Shown here: in pieces, positions 17,599 through 29,096 of the stretch | Numbering within the stretch: position 1 is the stretch's first letter | Layout of the letters: each line of letters starts with the position of its first letter | Assembly: GCA_017398545.1 (NCBI GenBank) | Contig: JAFQFT010000011.1 | Coordinates: 31,429-95,428 of the forward strand | Length of the DNA stretch: 64,000 nucleotides | Direction: 5' to 3' | Source: Bacilli bacterium | GTDB taxonomy: Bacteria > Bacillota_I > Bacilli_A > ML615J-28 > CAG-313 | Position numbers and translations under genes: made by a program | Notes under the pieces: generated by a model | Told to the model about the DNA's origin: nothing | Databases searched by the model: none | Seen by the model: only the letters and a program-made list of their open reading frames with translations

Positions 17599-18465
17599 TT
17601 ATTTATTTATTTCATTTTCAAATAAGTGAAATACTTCTAGTGTAGCTTCTGCGTCATGTAATGCATTATGATCTTGAATTTCCATTGGAGGTTTTGCACC
17701 TAAAAGTTCAAATGCAGCATATAGTCCAATATCATTTTTAATCCCATAATAGTTTTTAATAATTTGCATTAAGTTAACAAAATTCTTACGTTCTGTAACT
17801 GGTTTAACATTATGTAACTTATATGACTTATCAATCATTAAATAATCATTTTTACCCCATACATAAATTGTAGGTTGATAAAACATCATGTAGTCTTTTA
17901 ACTTATTATAAAACTTTGAATAATATGGAGCATGTTCTAACTTTTCTTTTGATACATGAATAAACTCCATCATTCTATCACTTATACCCAGTTTACATTT
18001 AGGTCTAATTAGTCCCACAGCAGAATCAATAATATTACCATTTGAATCTTCTATATACATTCCATATTGAACAATTTCCGAATAGAAAACCTCACCACTA
18101 GAATGATTATAGTTATATGGTGGCATTGTAAATTCTAAATCAATAAATAAACGATATCCATCTTTTTTAAGGAGTTTTCTTACTCCTTCTTTAATTGTTT
18201 GAATATCATAATATACAATAGTTTTTCTACCCACATGACGAACTAACTTAATAAAGTTAATAACATCATAAGCTATAAAACGACCATATTTTTTCTCTTC
18301 ATCAAAAGCTTTAAAAAAGACATACAAACCTTCTTGTAAATAAGGCTGAAACTTTTTCATTTGGCTTCTTGTTAGACGAAAATGATAGATACGTTTTTTA
18401 TATAAGATTTCAAAGATTCTGTCATCTTCGTAAACATTTCTTATTCTACCACAAAAGGTTTGCAT
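17599..18465 (-). CDS. kapD: KapD-like DEDDh 3'-5' exonuclease with an extra ~100-aa N-terminal domain
   Basis: FIDLEFTMPP, EIVQYG, VWGKND, HNALHDA resemble B. subtilis KapD motifs. Confidence 0.65.
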   Translation of the reverse strand: MQTFCGRIRNVYEDDRIFEILYKKRIYHFRLTRSQMKKFQPYLQEGLYVFFKAFDEEKKYGRFIAYDVINFIKLVRHVGRKTIVYYDIQTIKEGVRKLLKKDGYRLFIDLEFTMPPYNYNHSSGEVFYSEIVQYGMYIEDSNGNIIDSAVGLIRPKCKLGISDRMMEFIHVSKEKLEHAPYYSKFYNKLKDYMMFYQPTIYVWGKNDYLMIDKSYKLHNVKPVTERKNFVNLMQIIKNYYGIKNDIGLYAAFELLGAKPPMEIQDHNALHDAEATLEVFHLFENEINK

Positions 18466-18480
18466 AAACGTTTGTCCTTT

Positions 18481-18687
18481 CTAAAATTTAATTTCATCCA
18501 TTTTAATTAATTCTAAAATGGCTTGACTTCTTCCTTTTACACCAAGTTTTTGTATAACATTAGATATATGATTTCTTACAGTTTTAGATGTAATATCTAA
18601 TTTTTCTGCAATCATTTCTGTATCATATTGTTTTACTAAAAGTTCAAATATTTGACGCTCTCTTGGTGTTAGAAAATTATTATTCAT
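18481..18687 (-). CDS. gerE: Spore-coat transcription factor GerE (LuxR HTH)
   Basis: LTPRERQIFELLV...KTVRNHISNVIQKLGVKGRSQAILEL closely matches GerE; ATG 18687 behind AAAGGTGA. Confidence 0.85.
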   Translation of the reverse strand: MNNNFLTPRERQIFELLVKQYDTEMIAEKLDITSKTVRNHISNVIQKLGVKGRSQAILELIKMDEIKF

Positions 18688-18710
18688 TTTAATCACCTTT
18701 TCCTTCTATT

Positions 18711-18739
18711 TATTTTATGAAGAAAAAAGTATATTTGTT
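18711..18739 (-). promoter_or_regulatory. sigmaK-like promoter of gerE
   Basis: AACA-16 bp-CATAAAATA fits mACm-N16-CATAnnnTA. Confidence 0.7.
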
Positions 18740-18745
18740 ACCTCT

Positions 18746-20542
18746 TTATTTAGCATTTAGTTTATTTAATAATTCTTCAGCAATTTTTTTAGGAATTCCA
18801 AGTGAAACTAACTTTTCTACACTACTAGAAGCTATTTCTTCAATTGAATTAAATGCTTTTAAAAGTGTCATTTTTCTTCTTTTACCAATTCCTTCAACTT
18901 CATCTAGACTACTATTAAAAGTATTTTTAGTATGCGTTTCTTTAAAGAATGTTATCGCAAATCTATGAACTTCATCTTGCATTGCCTCTAATAACAAAAA
19001 TAAATTAGAATGTTTATCAATTTCTATTTCCACTAAATCTTTTGTAACAATAGCTTTTGTACGGTGACGATCATCTTTTTCAAGTCCCATTAGATATATA
19101 TCACTAATACCTAATTTTTCAAATACCACTTTAGCTGCTCTTACTTGAGGAATACCTCCATCAACAATTACAAGATTAGGCTTTCTTAAATTATCTTTTA
19201 AAACTCTTGTATATCTTCTTGTTAGGACTTCTTGCATTGTATGATAATCATCGGCACCAATAACTGTTTTTATATTATACTTCCTATAATCTTTAGGAGA
19301 TCTAATCCCATCAATATATGTAACCATCGCTGATATTGGACTAGCACCTTGAATATTAGAGTTATCAAATAATTCTATTACTTTTGGATAACTAATATTA
19401 AGAAGATTAGATAGTTCTATTAATGGTTCCTTAGTTTTAGATAATTTAATTAATCTTAATTTATCTAAATTATCTAAATTATTTTTCGCATTTTCACAAA
19501 CTAAATCAACTAACTTCTTCTTTATTCCTCTTACAGGAACATATGTTTTTACATTTAATAATTCACTTATTATATTAATACCTTCTATATATGGTGTAAG
19601 AATTTCAGATGGAACTAATACATCTTTTGAATCATAAAAAGTATATATATAAGATACAAGTAAATCATCTAAATTATCTACTACATCGAACACTTCTCCA
19701 CTACGTTCAATTATTCTACCACTTCTCATATGTAACACTTGAACACATACCGTTTCATTAGCTACATAGAAACCAAATATATCTCTAGTTTTACCATCAT
19801 TTAATGTCATTGTTTGTTTTTCCATTAAACTAGTAACACTAGTAATAATATTACGATACTCAATAGCTTTTTCAAATTCTAAATTTTCACTAGCTACTTC
19901 CATCTTTTCTTTTAAAATATTTAAAAGTTCAGTATCGTTTCCATTTAAGAATTTAGAAACACTCGTAATATATTCTTCATAATCATCTTTAGTAACAGTA
20001 TTTTCACATGGTGCAAGACATTGTCCCATATCATAATATAAACAATGTTTCTTAGGTATTTGATTACATTTTCTAAACGGATATACTTTATTTAATATTT
20101 CACATGTATCACGACATGCAGAAACATTAGGATATGGACCAAATAATTTACCACTATTTTTTTTATTACCTAATTTTACATCTCTTGTAACAATTAACCT
20201 TGGATGTGTTTCTTTAGTTAAACATATATAGGGGTATGTTTTATCATCCATAAGTAGGATATTATAATGAGGTCTGTATTCTTTAATAAAGTTATGTTCT
20301 AATAAAAATGCTTCTGTTTCACTTCGCGTAATAATATACTCAAAATCAACAACTTCAGATACCATTTGTGTAGTTTTTGCGTCATGACTTCCTGTAAAAT
20401 AACTTTTAAGTCTATTTGCAAGAAGTTTTGCTTTACCTACATAAATAATGACACCATCTTTATTATACATTTGGTAGCAACCTGGTTTAAGTGGAACAAG
20501 TGAAAGTTTTGCCTTTATGTGTTCTAAAATCTTATCTTCCAT
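18746..20542 (-). CDS. uvrC: Excinuclease ABC subunit C
   Basis: GIY-YIG (IIYVGKAK), FDNSNIQG, IVDGG, QDEVHRFAI, HhH. Confidence 0.95.
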   Translation of the reverse strand: MEDKILEHIKAKLSLVPLKPGCYQMYNKDGVIIYVGKAKLLANRLKSYFTGSHDAKTTQMVSEVVDFEYIITRSETEAFLLEHNFIKEYRPHYNILLMDDKTYPYICLTKETHPRLIVTRDVKLGNKKNSGKLFGPYPNVSACRDTCEILNKVYPFRKCNQIPKKHCLYYDMGQCLAPCENTVTKDDYEEYITSVSKFLNGNDTELLNILKEKMEVASENLEFEKAIEYRNIITSVTSLMEKQTMTLNDGKTRDIFGFYVANETVCVQVLHMRSGRIIERSGEVFDVVDNLDDLLVSYIYTFYDSKDVLVPSEILTPYIEGINIISELLNVKTYVPVRGIKKKLVDLVCENAKNNLDNLDKLRLIKLSKTKEPLIELSNLLNISYPKVIELFDNSNIQGASPISAMVTYIDGIRSPKDYRKYNIKTVIGADDYHTMQEVLTRRYTRVLKDNLRKPNLVIVDGGIPQVRAAKVVFEKLGISDIYLMGLEKDDRHRTKAIVTKDLVEIEIDKHSNLFLLLEAMQDEVHRFAITFFKETHTKNTFNSSLDEVEGIGKRRKMTLLKAFNSIEEIASSSVEKLVSLGIPKKIAEELLNKLNAK

Positions 20543-20561
20543 TTAAACACCTATTAATAAA

Positions 20562-22031
20562 TTATTTATTATTATCTCTACGATAGACTTTAGTTAATTT
20601 AGCAATATAATCACATAAATCACTATTCATATCATTTTTTTCAATTCTAAAAGTCCAATTTCCACCAAGGACTGAAGGTGTGTTAATTCTTGCCTCAAGA
20701 CCTTTTTGTAAATAATCCCAAAATGGTATAATAGCTAAATTACATACAGATGAAAGTGCTGCACGAATAAGTTCATTTCCTACTTCATAAGGATTATCAA
20801 AATGTAGATATTCATGTATAAAAGCTTTTTCTTCATCACTTAAAGTGTTATACCATCCTCTAACAGGAGGATTATCATGAGTACCAGTATATACTACATC
20901 ACTCTTAGTTAAATGGTGTGGCATATGTTCTGAATCACCTTTTGGATCAAAACCAAATTCTAATATTTTCATACCAGGATATCCTAATTTTTTAAGCATC
21001 TTATGAACACCTTCTGTTAAGAATCCTAGGTTTTCAGCAATAATATCAACTTCACCTAAAGCTTTCTTAATTGCGTTAAATAAACTAACATTAGGACCCT
21101 TTTTCCATTTACCACGCATTGCGTCAGTATCAGTAGCTGGTATTGCAAAATATGCTTCAAATCCTCTAAAATGATCGATTCTAATTGTATCAAATAACTT
21201 AGCTGCTACTTCAACACGTCTTACCCACCAAGCATAATTATCTTCTTTCATCACTTTATAATCATATAAAGGATTACCCCAAAGTTGACCAAGTGGTGCA
21301 AAGTCATCAGCAGGACATCCTGCAACCATTAAAGGAACTAAGTCACTTCCTAATTGGAAAAGTTTAGGATTTGCCCATACATCTGAAGAATCAAGTGCTG
21401 TATATATTGGCATATCACCAATTATTTTAATACCTTTAGAATTAGCATAATCTCTTAAAGCATTCCATTGTTTAAAGAAAACATATTGTGTAAATTTCCA
21501 AAAGTTTACATCATCTAAATATTCTTTTTTAAAACTATTTAACGCTTTTTTATCACGATATTTATAAGAGTCTTCCCACTCTAAAAAAGATACACCATTA
21601 TGATAGTCTTTAAGTGTCATAAATAAAGCGAAATCTTCCAACCAGTCTTTATGTTCTTTTTCAAACTTTTTCATAAGTTTTACATCAAACTTAGAAAAAG
21701 CTTTTTTTAATACAAGATACCTAGTGTTATACAGTTTACCATAATCTATTACTAGCGATTCATCTAATAAATAATCATAATCAGATTCTTCTAATAATCC
21801 ATCTTCTTTTAATAAATCAAAATCAATAAAATATGGATTTCCCGCAAATACTGAAAATGATTGATATGGGCTATCTCCATAAGACGTTGGTCCGATTGGT
21901 AGAACTTGCCAATATGATTGATGACATTTTTCCAAAAAATCAACAAACTCATAAGCCTCTTTTCCCAGTGTTCCAATACCATATGAATTAGGAAGACTGA
22001 ATATTGGTAAAAGTATTCCACTAGTTCTCAT
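20562..22031 (-). CDS. malQ: 4-alpha-glucanotransferase (GH77)
   Basis: WQVLP, GQLWGNPLY, RIDHFRGF, IIAENLG, YTGTHDN. Confidence 0.95.
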   Translation of the reverse strand: MRTSGILLPIFSLPNSYGIGTLGKEAYEFVDFLEKCHQSYWQVLPIGPTSYGDSPYQSFSVFAGNPYFIDFDLLKEDGLLEESDYDYLLDESLVIDYGKLYNTRYLVLKKAFSKFDVKLMKKFEKEHKDWLEDFALFMTLKDYHNGVSFLEWEDSYKYRDKKALNSFKKEYLDDVNFWKFTQYVFFKQWNALRDYANSKGIKIIGDMPIYTALDSSDVWANPKLFQLGSDLVPLMVAGCPADDFAPLGQLWGNPLYDYKVMKEDNYAWWVRRVEVAAKLFDTIRIDHFRGFEAYFAIPATDTDAMRGKWKKGPNVSLFNAIKKALGEVDIIAENLGFLTEGVHKMLKKLGYPGMKILEFGFDPKGDSEHMPHHLTKSDVVYTGTHDNPPVRGWYNTLSDEEKAFIHEYLHFDNPYEVGNELIRAALSSVCNLAIIPFWDYLQKGLEARINTPSVLGGNWTFRIEKNDMNSDLCDYIAKLTKVYRRDNNK

Positions 22032-22043
22032 ATATATATTCCT

Positions 22044-22382
22044 CTATTTCTTTAAATTTTCAATAACTTCATTAATATGATTCCCATAAGTTAGAGATTC
22101 ATCATATTTAAAACGAAGTTCTGGAGTTTTTCTTAAATCTAAACGGTGAGCAAGTTCACTTCTTAAGAATCCTTTAGCCTGTTCTAAAGCTTTCTTAGTA
22201 GCTTCGATTTCACCATCATTACCTAAAACTGTATACCATACCATAGCAACACTCATATCTTTATTAAGTGCTACTTTAGTAATAGATACAAATTTAATTA
22301 ATTCATTGTGAACTTCACTAAAAATAATACTAGCTAGTTCTCTTTCAATGATTTTTTCTACACGTTGAATACGATAAGCCAT
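22044..22382 (-). CDS. rbfA: Ribosome-binding factor A
   Basis: GFLRSELAHRLDLRKTPELRFKYD; follows infB. Confidence 0.95.
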   Translation of the reverse strand: MAYRIQRVEKIIERELASIIFSEVHNELIKFVSITKVALNKDMSVAMVWYTVLGNDGEIEATKKALEQAKGFLRSELAHRLDLRKTPELRFKYDESLTYGNHINEVIENLKK

Positions 22383-22384
22383 AA

Positions 22385-24868
22385 TTATTCACGCTCTGTT
22401 TCTTCCATAATGAAGCATTCTAAGCGGTCTCCAACTTTAACATCATTAAAGTGTTCAATAGTAATACCACAATCGTATCCTTCTTTTACTTCTTTAACGT
22501 CTTCTTTAAAACGTCTAAGACCTGCTATCTTACCTGTATAAATAACAATACTATCACGAATTACTCTAATAGTTCCACCTCTTACAATTGTTCCTCTAGT
22601 TACCATAGAACCAGCAATTGTCCCAATTCTAGAGATTTTGAATAATTCACGTACTTCTGCTTCACCTGTAACTTTTTCTTCAAATACTGGATCAAGCATA
22701 CCTTTAGCTGCTTTTTCAATATCTTCTTGTAATTTATAAATAATATTATATAAACGAATTTCAACATTCTTTTCTTTTGCAAGGTCACTAATTTGACTTG
22801 TAGGACGAATATTAAAGCCAACAATAATTGCATGAGATGCGATAGCAAGACTTATATCATTATCAGTAACACCACCAACACGAGCACTAATAATATTAAT
22901 CTTAGTTCCTTCAATTTGAATCTTATCAACTAAACCTTTAATTGCTTCAATAGAACCCTGAACATCACACTTAATGATTAAGTTTAGTACTTTTAACTCA
23001 CCATTTGCTTCAGACATAATTTCATTTAATGATGCAGCTCTTGCAGAACCCATTTCTTCATTAAATTTATTTTGAGCACGTACTTCAGCAATGGCTCTTG
23101 CTTTTCTTTCATCATCTAATGCCATGAATTTTTCACCAGCAAATGGAACTTCTGCAATACCAGTAATTTCAACTGGTTTAGCAGGACCAGCTACTTTAAC
23201 TTGACGACCAAGTTCATCTTGCATTGCACGTACACGACCATAAGTTGTACCTACAACAATCATGTCACCAACTTTTAAAGTACCATTTTGAACAAGAAGT
23301 GTTGCAACAGGACCACGACCTTTATCAAGTCTTGCTTCAATTACAGTACCAATTGCTAAACGTTTAGGATTAGCTTTATATTCATTCATATCACTTGTTA
23401 AAATGACCATTTCAAGTAAGTCATCAACACCTTTACCTGTAAGTGCTGAGATTGGAACAAAAATAGTATCCCCACCCCATTCTTCAGCAATAAGGTTATA
23501 AGACATTAATTCTTGTTTTACACGATCAGGATTGGCAGTTGGTTTATCCATTTTATTAATCGCAACAATAATTGGAACACCAGCAGCTTGAGCATGTTCA
23601 ATAGCTTCTTTTGTTTGAGGCATCATACCATCATCAGCAGCAACTACTAGAATAACAATATCAGTAACTTGTGCACCACGAGCACGCATTTCAGTAAATG
23701 CAGCATGCCCTGGAGTATCAATAAATGTAATTAAACGACCATCTTTTTGAACTTGATAAGCCCCGATATGTTGTGTAATACCACCAGCTTCACCACGAAC
23801 AACGTGACTACTTCTAATTGTATCTAAAAGTGTAGTTTTACCATGGTCAACGTGACCCATAATTGTAACAATAGCAGGACGTGGTTCTAAGTCTTCAGGA
23901 CTGTCTTCAATTTCAATTTCATCAAATCTGATTAAATCAGTAATTTGTTTATCTTTTACTTCAAAGTTATATTCCATTGCGATAAGTTCAATAGTATCTC
24001 TATCTAATGTTTGAGTTGCAGATGCAAAAATACCCATTGAAGTAAATAACTTTTTAACTAAATCAGTTACAGAAATTCCAAGTTCTTCAGCAACATCCAT
24101 AACAGTCATATTAAGTTCATAATAAAGAACATTTTCTTCTTTCTTTTGTTCAATAGTACCAGCTAATTTTTCAGCACGACTCTTATGTTGTTTAGGTTTC
24201 TTACTAACAACTTTATCTCTAGTACTAACTTTTGGTTTAATTCTATTATTTCCTCCACCTTCATAATGACCATCTTCTAAGAATTCATCATATTTATCTA
24301 AGAATTCTTCATCTACTAATGTTTCAACAATTTCATCTTTATAAGATGGAATATCACTAGGACGTGGTTTAGAATTAGATTTATTGTTATTGTTATTGTT
24401 GTTATTATTATTTCCTTGTTTACCTGGTTGTTTATTTTCTGGTTTATCTTGTTTTGATGGTTGTTTATTTTCTGGTTTACCAGGTTGTTTGTTTTCCGAT
24501 TTGCCTTGTTTTGATGGTTGTTTATTTTCTGGTTTACCTTGTTTTCCAGGTTGTTTATTTTCTTGTTTTCCAGGTTGTTTATTTTCTGGTTTTACATTAC
24601 TAGCACCAGATTGTTTATTTTCAGGTTTACCAGCTTTTCCAGCATTATCAGGTGCTGCTTGTTTACTAGGTGCTGGTTTTGGTGCTACTGGTTTAGCTTT
24701 AGTTTTAAATGGATAAGGTACTCCATAATGTTTAGCTAATTTCTTTTCTAAATTTTTATCAAGATCACTTTCTTCTGTATATGTTTGTCCAACAGCAACA
24801 TTTTTTAATAATTTTAATAAATCTGCAGTTGACACCTTTAAGAATTCCGCTACTTCTTTAACTTTCAT
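22385..24868 (-). CDS. infB: Translation initiation factor IF-2
   Basis: [32 protein letters not shown]. Confidence 0.97.
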   Translation of the reverse strand: MKVKEVAEFLKVSTADLLKLLKNVAVGQTYTEESDLDKNLEKKLAKHYGVPYPFKTKAKPVAPKPAPSKQAAPDNAGKAGKPENKQSGASNVKPENKQPGKQENKQPGKQGKPENKQPSKQGKSENKQPGKPENKQPSKQDKPENKQPGKQGNNNNNNNNNNKSNSKPRPSDIPSYKDEIVETLVDEEFLDKYDEFLEDGHYEGGGNNRIKPKVSTRDKVVSKKPKQHKSRAEKLAGTIEQKKEENVLYYELNMTVMDVAEELGISVTDLVKKLFTSMGIFASATQTLDRDTIELIAMEYNFEVKDKQITDLIRFDEIEIEDSPEDLEPRPAIVTIMGHVDHGKTTLLDTIRSSHVVRGEAGGITQHIGAYQVQKDGRLITFIDTPGHAAFTEMRARGAQVTDIVILVVAADDGMMPQTKEAIEHAQAAGVPIIVAINKMDKPTANPDRVKQELMSYNLIAEEWGGDTIFVPISALTGKGVDDLLEMVILTSDMNEYKANPKRLAIGTVIEARLDKGRGPVATLLVQNGTLKVGDMIVVGTTYGRVRAMQDELGRQVKVAGPAKPVEITGIAEVPFAGEKFMALDDERKARAIAEVRAQNKFNEEMGSARAASLNEIMSEANGELKVLNLIIKCDVQGSIEAIKGLVDKIQIEGTKINIISARVGGVTDNDISLAIASHAIIVGFNIRPTSQISDLAKEKNVEIRLYNIIYKLQEDIEKAAKGMLDPVFEEKVTGEAEVRELFKISRIGTIAGSMVTRGTIVRGGTIRVIRDSIVIYTGKIAGLRRFKEDVKEVKEGYDCGITIEHFNDVKVGDRLECFIMEETERE
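24381..24632 (-). repeat. Coding tandem repeat ([11 protein letters not shown]) plus poly-Asn inside infB
   Basis: About seven ENKQ units followed by an Asn run. Confidence 0.85.
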
Positions 24869-24872
24869 AGTT

Positions 24873-25187
24873 TTACTCTCCTTCTACTTCTACAGTATGA
24901 TGTTTAAGAATGGCTTTAGAAAAACCTAAGTCCGCAATACCTAACACTTTATTATTATTAGATCCTATTGCATCACTCAATTCATCACTTGTAAAAGATT
25001 TTATAATCTTTACGTTATAATAAAACGCTTTTTTCTCTATTTTATCTATTGTAGCTATTGAAGCATCTTTAGCTACTAAAATTAAATGTAAATCATTCCC
25101 TTGTAGTTTACTAATTACTGCATCAGTTCCTACAATCACCTTGCCAGCTCTTTTAGCTAGCCCTAATAAAGATAATATTTTATTCAC
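24873..25187 (-). CDS. ylxQ: L7Ae-family RNA-binding protein
   Basis: [26 protein letters not shown]; operon position. Confidence 0.9.
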   Translation of the reverse strand: MNKILSLLGLAKRAGKVIVGTDAVISKLQGNDLHLILVAKDASIATIDKIEKKAFYYNVKIIKSFTSDELSDAIGSNNNKVLGIADLGFSKAILKHHTVEVEGE

Positions 25188-25458
25188 CTTGTGACACCTT
25201 CTTTAAAAGTTCATCATATATTTCATCAGGTACTTGTATTTCTAAAAAACGATCTAATATATGTTTTTTCTTAGCCGCTTTAATAACATCTGAATCTTTA
25301 CATAAATAAACACCATGTCCACGAACTTTACCAGTATCATCAATAGTTACTTTACCATCTGGTTCTCTTACAACACGTAGTAAGTCTTTTTTAGGGAATT
25401 GATTTCCTGTAATAACACACTTACGCATTGGAACTTTTTTAACAATAGGTGTTTTCAT
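25180..25458 (-). CDS. ylxR: YlxR/RnpM RNA-binding protein
   Basis: PMRKCVIT...KKDLLRVVR...GHGVYL. Confidence 0.9.
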   Translation of the reverse strand: MKTPIVKKVPMRKCVITGNQFPKKDLLRVVREPDGKVTIDDTGKVRGHGVYLCKDSDVIKAAKKKHILDRFLEIQVPDEIYDELLKKVSQGE

Positions 25459-25471
25459 ATATATCACCTAT

Positions 25472-26557
25472 TTATGCAGTATATACATTAGGTTTGAAAC
25501 GGATTTCTTCACGATAAGCAGTTGTTTCATCCTTAATATCAATTCTCCAACCAGTAACTTGAGATGCAAGACGTACATTTTGACCACCTTTACCAATTGC
25601 TAAACTAAATTGTTCATCTGGTACAATAACAATAGCTTTATGCGTATCTTCATCAATTAATACAGAAATTACTTTAGCAGGAGTAAGTGCTTCTGCAATT
25701 AATAAAATTGGATTGTCATTCCATTCAAAGATATCAATTCTTTCACCGTTTAATGCTTGGTTAATTTGTTTAATACGAGCTCCACCAACACCTACACATG
25801 CACCTTTAGCATCAACATTAATATTGTTAGACTTAATACCAATCTTAGAACGATTACCAGGTTCTCTTACAATATTAATTACTTCAATAACACCTTGTGC
25901 AATTTCAGGAATATAAAGTTCAAATAAACGTTTAATAATTTCTTTATTAGAACGAGATACAAATACTTTAGGACTCTTAGTAGTTTCTTCAACTTTAGTT
26001 ATAGTTACTTTAATTTGTTTACCTGGAGCATAATTTTCACCAAATAATGCTTCTTCGATTGGCATAAAAGTTTGAGTATTCATACCTAGATTTAAAATAA
26101 CTACTTTATCAGTTGCTTTATCAACAGTTGCAGTAACAACTTCACCTTCTTTAGATTTGAAGTATTCATAAGCACGTTTATAACCTAACTCTTTTAAGTT
26201 TTGAATAAATGTAGTTTTAAAACGTGTAGCACCTTTTCTACCAATTTCATTAAATGGAACTTCACGTTTAATAACTGATCCTACTCTAACTCTTGCTCTA
26301 ATTTCTTTAGCTTGTTCTAAAGTAATTTGTCCTTCTAATTCAAGTTCTGGATTAATTTCTTCAACAACATTAAAAGTTTCAGTAATTCTTACCTTCTTTT
26401 GTTCATCATTAAATTCTACTTCAATAATACCAGTGTGTCCTTCAGCTTGTGCAGCTTTAATTAACGCAATTTCAACAGCTCTAAAAACATCTTCTTTTTC
26501 TAAACGACGTTCTTCTGCAATAACTTCTAAATATTCATAAAAACCTTTACTAATCAT
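25472..26557 (-). CDS. nusA: Transcription factor NusA
   Basis: S1 and KH domains, REPGNRSK, GACVG, SLAIGKGGQN. Confidence 0.95.
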   Translation of the reverse strand: MISKGFYEYLEVIAEERRLEKEDVFRAVEIALIKAAQAEGHTGIIEVEFNDEQKKVRITETFNVVEEINPELELEGQITLEQAKEIRARVRVGSVIKREVPFNEIGRKGATRFKTTFIQNLKELGYKRAYEYFKSKEGEVVTATVDKATDKVVILNLGMNTQTFMPIEEALFGENYAPGKQIKVTITKVEETTKSPKVFVSRSNKEIIKRLFELYIPEIAQGVIEVINIVREPGNRSKIGIKSNNINVDAKGACVGVGGARIKQINQALNGERIDIFEWNDNPILLIAEALTPAKVISVLIDEDTHKAIVIVPDEQFSLAIGKGGQNVRLASQVTGWRIDIKDETTAYREEIRFKPNVYTA

Positions 26558-26580
26558 TTTCTTTCTCCCTTAATTCCTTT

Positions 26581-27048
26581 CTAAAACTTTACCGCAAGGC
26601 GTAGCTTTGCAATTTTTGATTTTTCAATAGTTACTAGTTTTGTTCTTGTTTTATTTATTACATTTACATTTATAGAATCACTTGTATATGACTCTAAATA
26701 TCCATAAATCTCTTTTTGATTAAAAGCACTCTCAATCTTTTCATATGTCTTAAGATATATATACTTACCAAGTGCTTTTTCCAAATCATCATCAGACTTT
26801 AATTCTCTTTCAATACCTACAGTTGTCACTTCTAAATAATATCCATCAGGTAAATAATCATTTACTAAATCCAAGATTTCTTCATTTATTTTAGCAACAT
26901 CATCAATATCAATATCAAAAGTATTTGGATCATCGATGGTTATACGAATAATATCTATTCCATATTCATTAACATGTTCTACAGATACTAGAATTTTTTG
27001 ATATTTCTCGACTATAGGCAGACTTAATTCATTAATCTTTCCAATCAT
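26581..27048 (-). CDS. rimP: Ribosome maturation factor RimP
   Basis: YYLEVTTVGIEREL; first gene of the nusA operon. Confidence 0.9.
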   Translation of the reverse strand: MIGKINELSLPIVEKYQKILVSVEHVNEYGIDIIRITIDDPNTFDIDIDDVAKINEEILDLVNDYLPDGYYLEVTTVGIERELKSDDDLEKALGKYIYLKTYEKIESAFNQKEIYGYLESYTSDSINVNVINKTRTKLVTIEKSKIAKLRLAVKF

Positions 27049-27090
27049 AATATCTTAACCTTTCATTATTAAAATTTTATTTTTTCATAA

Positions 27091-27172
27091 CAAAGGGTGA
27101 GCCATTTCTAGCTCACCTCTTCTTGCCTTATTACTACATATATATGATACCATAAATTATCAAAATAGTCAA
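27091..27172 (-). promoter_or_regulatory. rimP promoter and rimP-leader-type hairpin
   Basis: TTGACT-17-TATCAT with extended -10 TG, then AAGAGGTGAGC...GCTCACCCTTT stem in the 5' UTR. Confidence 0.65.
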
Positions 27173-27278
27173 GTAATGTATCTTTAAACAACTAATATAA
27201 TAAACTTTTTTATAAAATTACTTTTCAAAGTCATAAATTTTTGATAAAATATCTATACTAAAAATTAAGGAGGTAAAA

Positions 27279-28940
27279 ATGTATAATTTAAAACTTAATA
27301 ACAAAATAATAAGCTTTAAACCAGGTAATAAAGTACTCGACTTAATTGATAAACAAGAAGTAAAACAATACATGGTTTGTAAAATTGATCAAACGATTAA
27401 AGAACTTACATATCCTCTATCAGAAAAACATAATAACTCTGAAATTACACTTTTAACACTTGAACATCAAGAAGCTGGTAGAGCATATGAAGCAACACTT
27501 AGATATATAATATCTATGGCTTTTGCAAACCTATATCCAGAAATTGATATTAAATTTAATTACAATGTAAGTAGATCAATATTCTGTGAAGTTCTAAATT
27601 CAGGAATTAAAATGAGTAAAATTACTGACGAAGTATTAAAAGAAGTTAAAAGATTAATCGATTTAGATTTACCTATTGAAAGAGTAACACTAACTGTTAA
27701 AGAAGCAATTGAAATCTACAAAGAACTTCGCCATGATGATAAACTTAATATCTTAGAATATCGTCCAGACAAAATAGTTCACTTATATAAATGTGAAAAC
27801 TATTATGATTATATGTATTGTTATATGTTACCATCAACTGGTTTTATTAAGAGCTATTGTATAAGACCATATAGTCCTGGATTAATAATTCAGTATCCAA
27901 GATATGAACTAGATGCCAAAATTCCGGAATTCCTTGAAGAGCCAACATATGGAAGAACACTAAGAGAAGCAGGTAAATGGGGAAAAATTAGCAAAACAAA
28001 TTCTATCGTTAAAATTAACAAAAAAATAGAATGCGAAAACATTACTGACTTTATTCAAACATGTGAAATGAAACACAATAACATGCTTGCAGAACTCGGA
28101 AGTAATATCAAAAAAGAAATAGAAAACATTAGACTTATCTGTATAGCAGGACCTTCATCAAGTGGTAAAACGACATTCTGTAATCGTCTAAGAATAGAAC
28201 TTATGTCAAGAGGTATAACTCCTATTATGATATCTATGGATGACTATTATTTAACAAAACCTGAAATCGCAAAAATCCAAGGAAAAACAGATATTAAAGA
28301 TTTAGACTTAGAACATATCAACTGTTTAGATATTGAACTATTTAATCAAAATTTATTTGATCTAATCAATGGTGAAGAAGTAACACTTCCAAAATATAAC
28401 TTTAAAACAGGTAAAAGAGAATCAGGCAAAACACTTAAAATTAGTGATTCTACACCTATTATGATAGAAGGAATTCATGCCCTTAATGAACTACTTACAG
28501 CATCAATTCCTAAACATCAAAAATATAAAGTATATATTGCACCACAAATACAAATCAATATTGATGATCATTCTCCACTTTCTACAACTGACTTAAGATT
28601 AATAAGAAGAATAGTAAGAGATATGGAGTTTAGAAACTGCCCGCCTGAGGAAACAATTTCAATGTGGCAAAGCGTAAGAAACGGTGAATTCAAATGGATT
28701 TATCCAAACCAAGAAGGAGCTAACTTTGTATTTAATAGTGAACTAACATATGAACTTGCAGTATTTAAAAAATATGCACTTCCTGCGCTATCTAACATAC
28801 CACAATCAGATCCTTCATATATTACCGCAAACAGACTAATCAAATACTTAAAATACTTTAAAGACATAACTGATGAATCAGCAATCCCATGTAATTCCTT
28901 AATTAGAGAATTTATTGGTGGATCATGTTTTAAAGTGTAA
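27279..28940 (+). CDS. Uridine/nucleoside kinase with ThrRS-like N-terminal domain
   Basis: IAGPSSSGKTT, SMDDYY, EGIHALN, RLIRRIVRD, EFIGGS. Confidence 0.9.
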   Translation: MYNLKLNNKIISFKPGNKVLDLIDKQEVKQYMVCKIDQTIKELTYPLSEKHNNSEITLLTLEHQEAGRAYEATLRYIISMAFANLYPEIDIKFNYNVSRSIFCEVLNSGIKMSKITDEVLKEVKRLIDLDLPIERVTLTVKEAIEIYKELRHDDKLNILEYRPDKIVHLYKCENYYDYMYCYMLPSTGFIKSYCIRPYSPGLIIQYPRYELDAKIPEFLEEPTYGRTLREAGKWGKISKTNSIVKINKKIECENITDFIQTCEMKHNNMLAELGSNIKKEIENIRLICIAGPSSSGKTTFCNRLRIELMSRGITPIMISMDDYYLTKPEIAKIQGKTDIKDLDLEHINCLDIELFNQNLFDLINGEEVTLPKYNFKTGKRESGKTLKISDSTPIMIEGIHALNELLTASIPKHQKYKVYIAPQIQINIDDHSPLSTTDLRLIRRIVRDMEFRNCPPEETISMWQSVRNGEFKWIYPNQEGANFVFNSELTYELAVFKKYALPALSNIPQSDPSYITANRLIKYLKYFKDITDESAIPCNSLIREFIGGSCFKV

Positions 28941-29096
28941 CTAATAATAGAATAAAATAGGGCAGTCGTTAACTGCCCAATTTTATTTGAAATAACAATA
29001 TTTACTAATAAGACTATATTTACAATTTGGACAGATAGCATCTAGCCGATTTTAATCTAAAAAATAAAACCTATAATAGACTTAAACTATTATAGG

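Noticed and set aside
28988-29070. Possible small RNA between the kinase and trmH terminators
   Set aside because: Only a weak hairpin and an imperfect promoter; not enough support.
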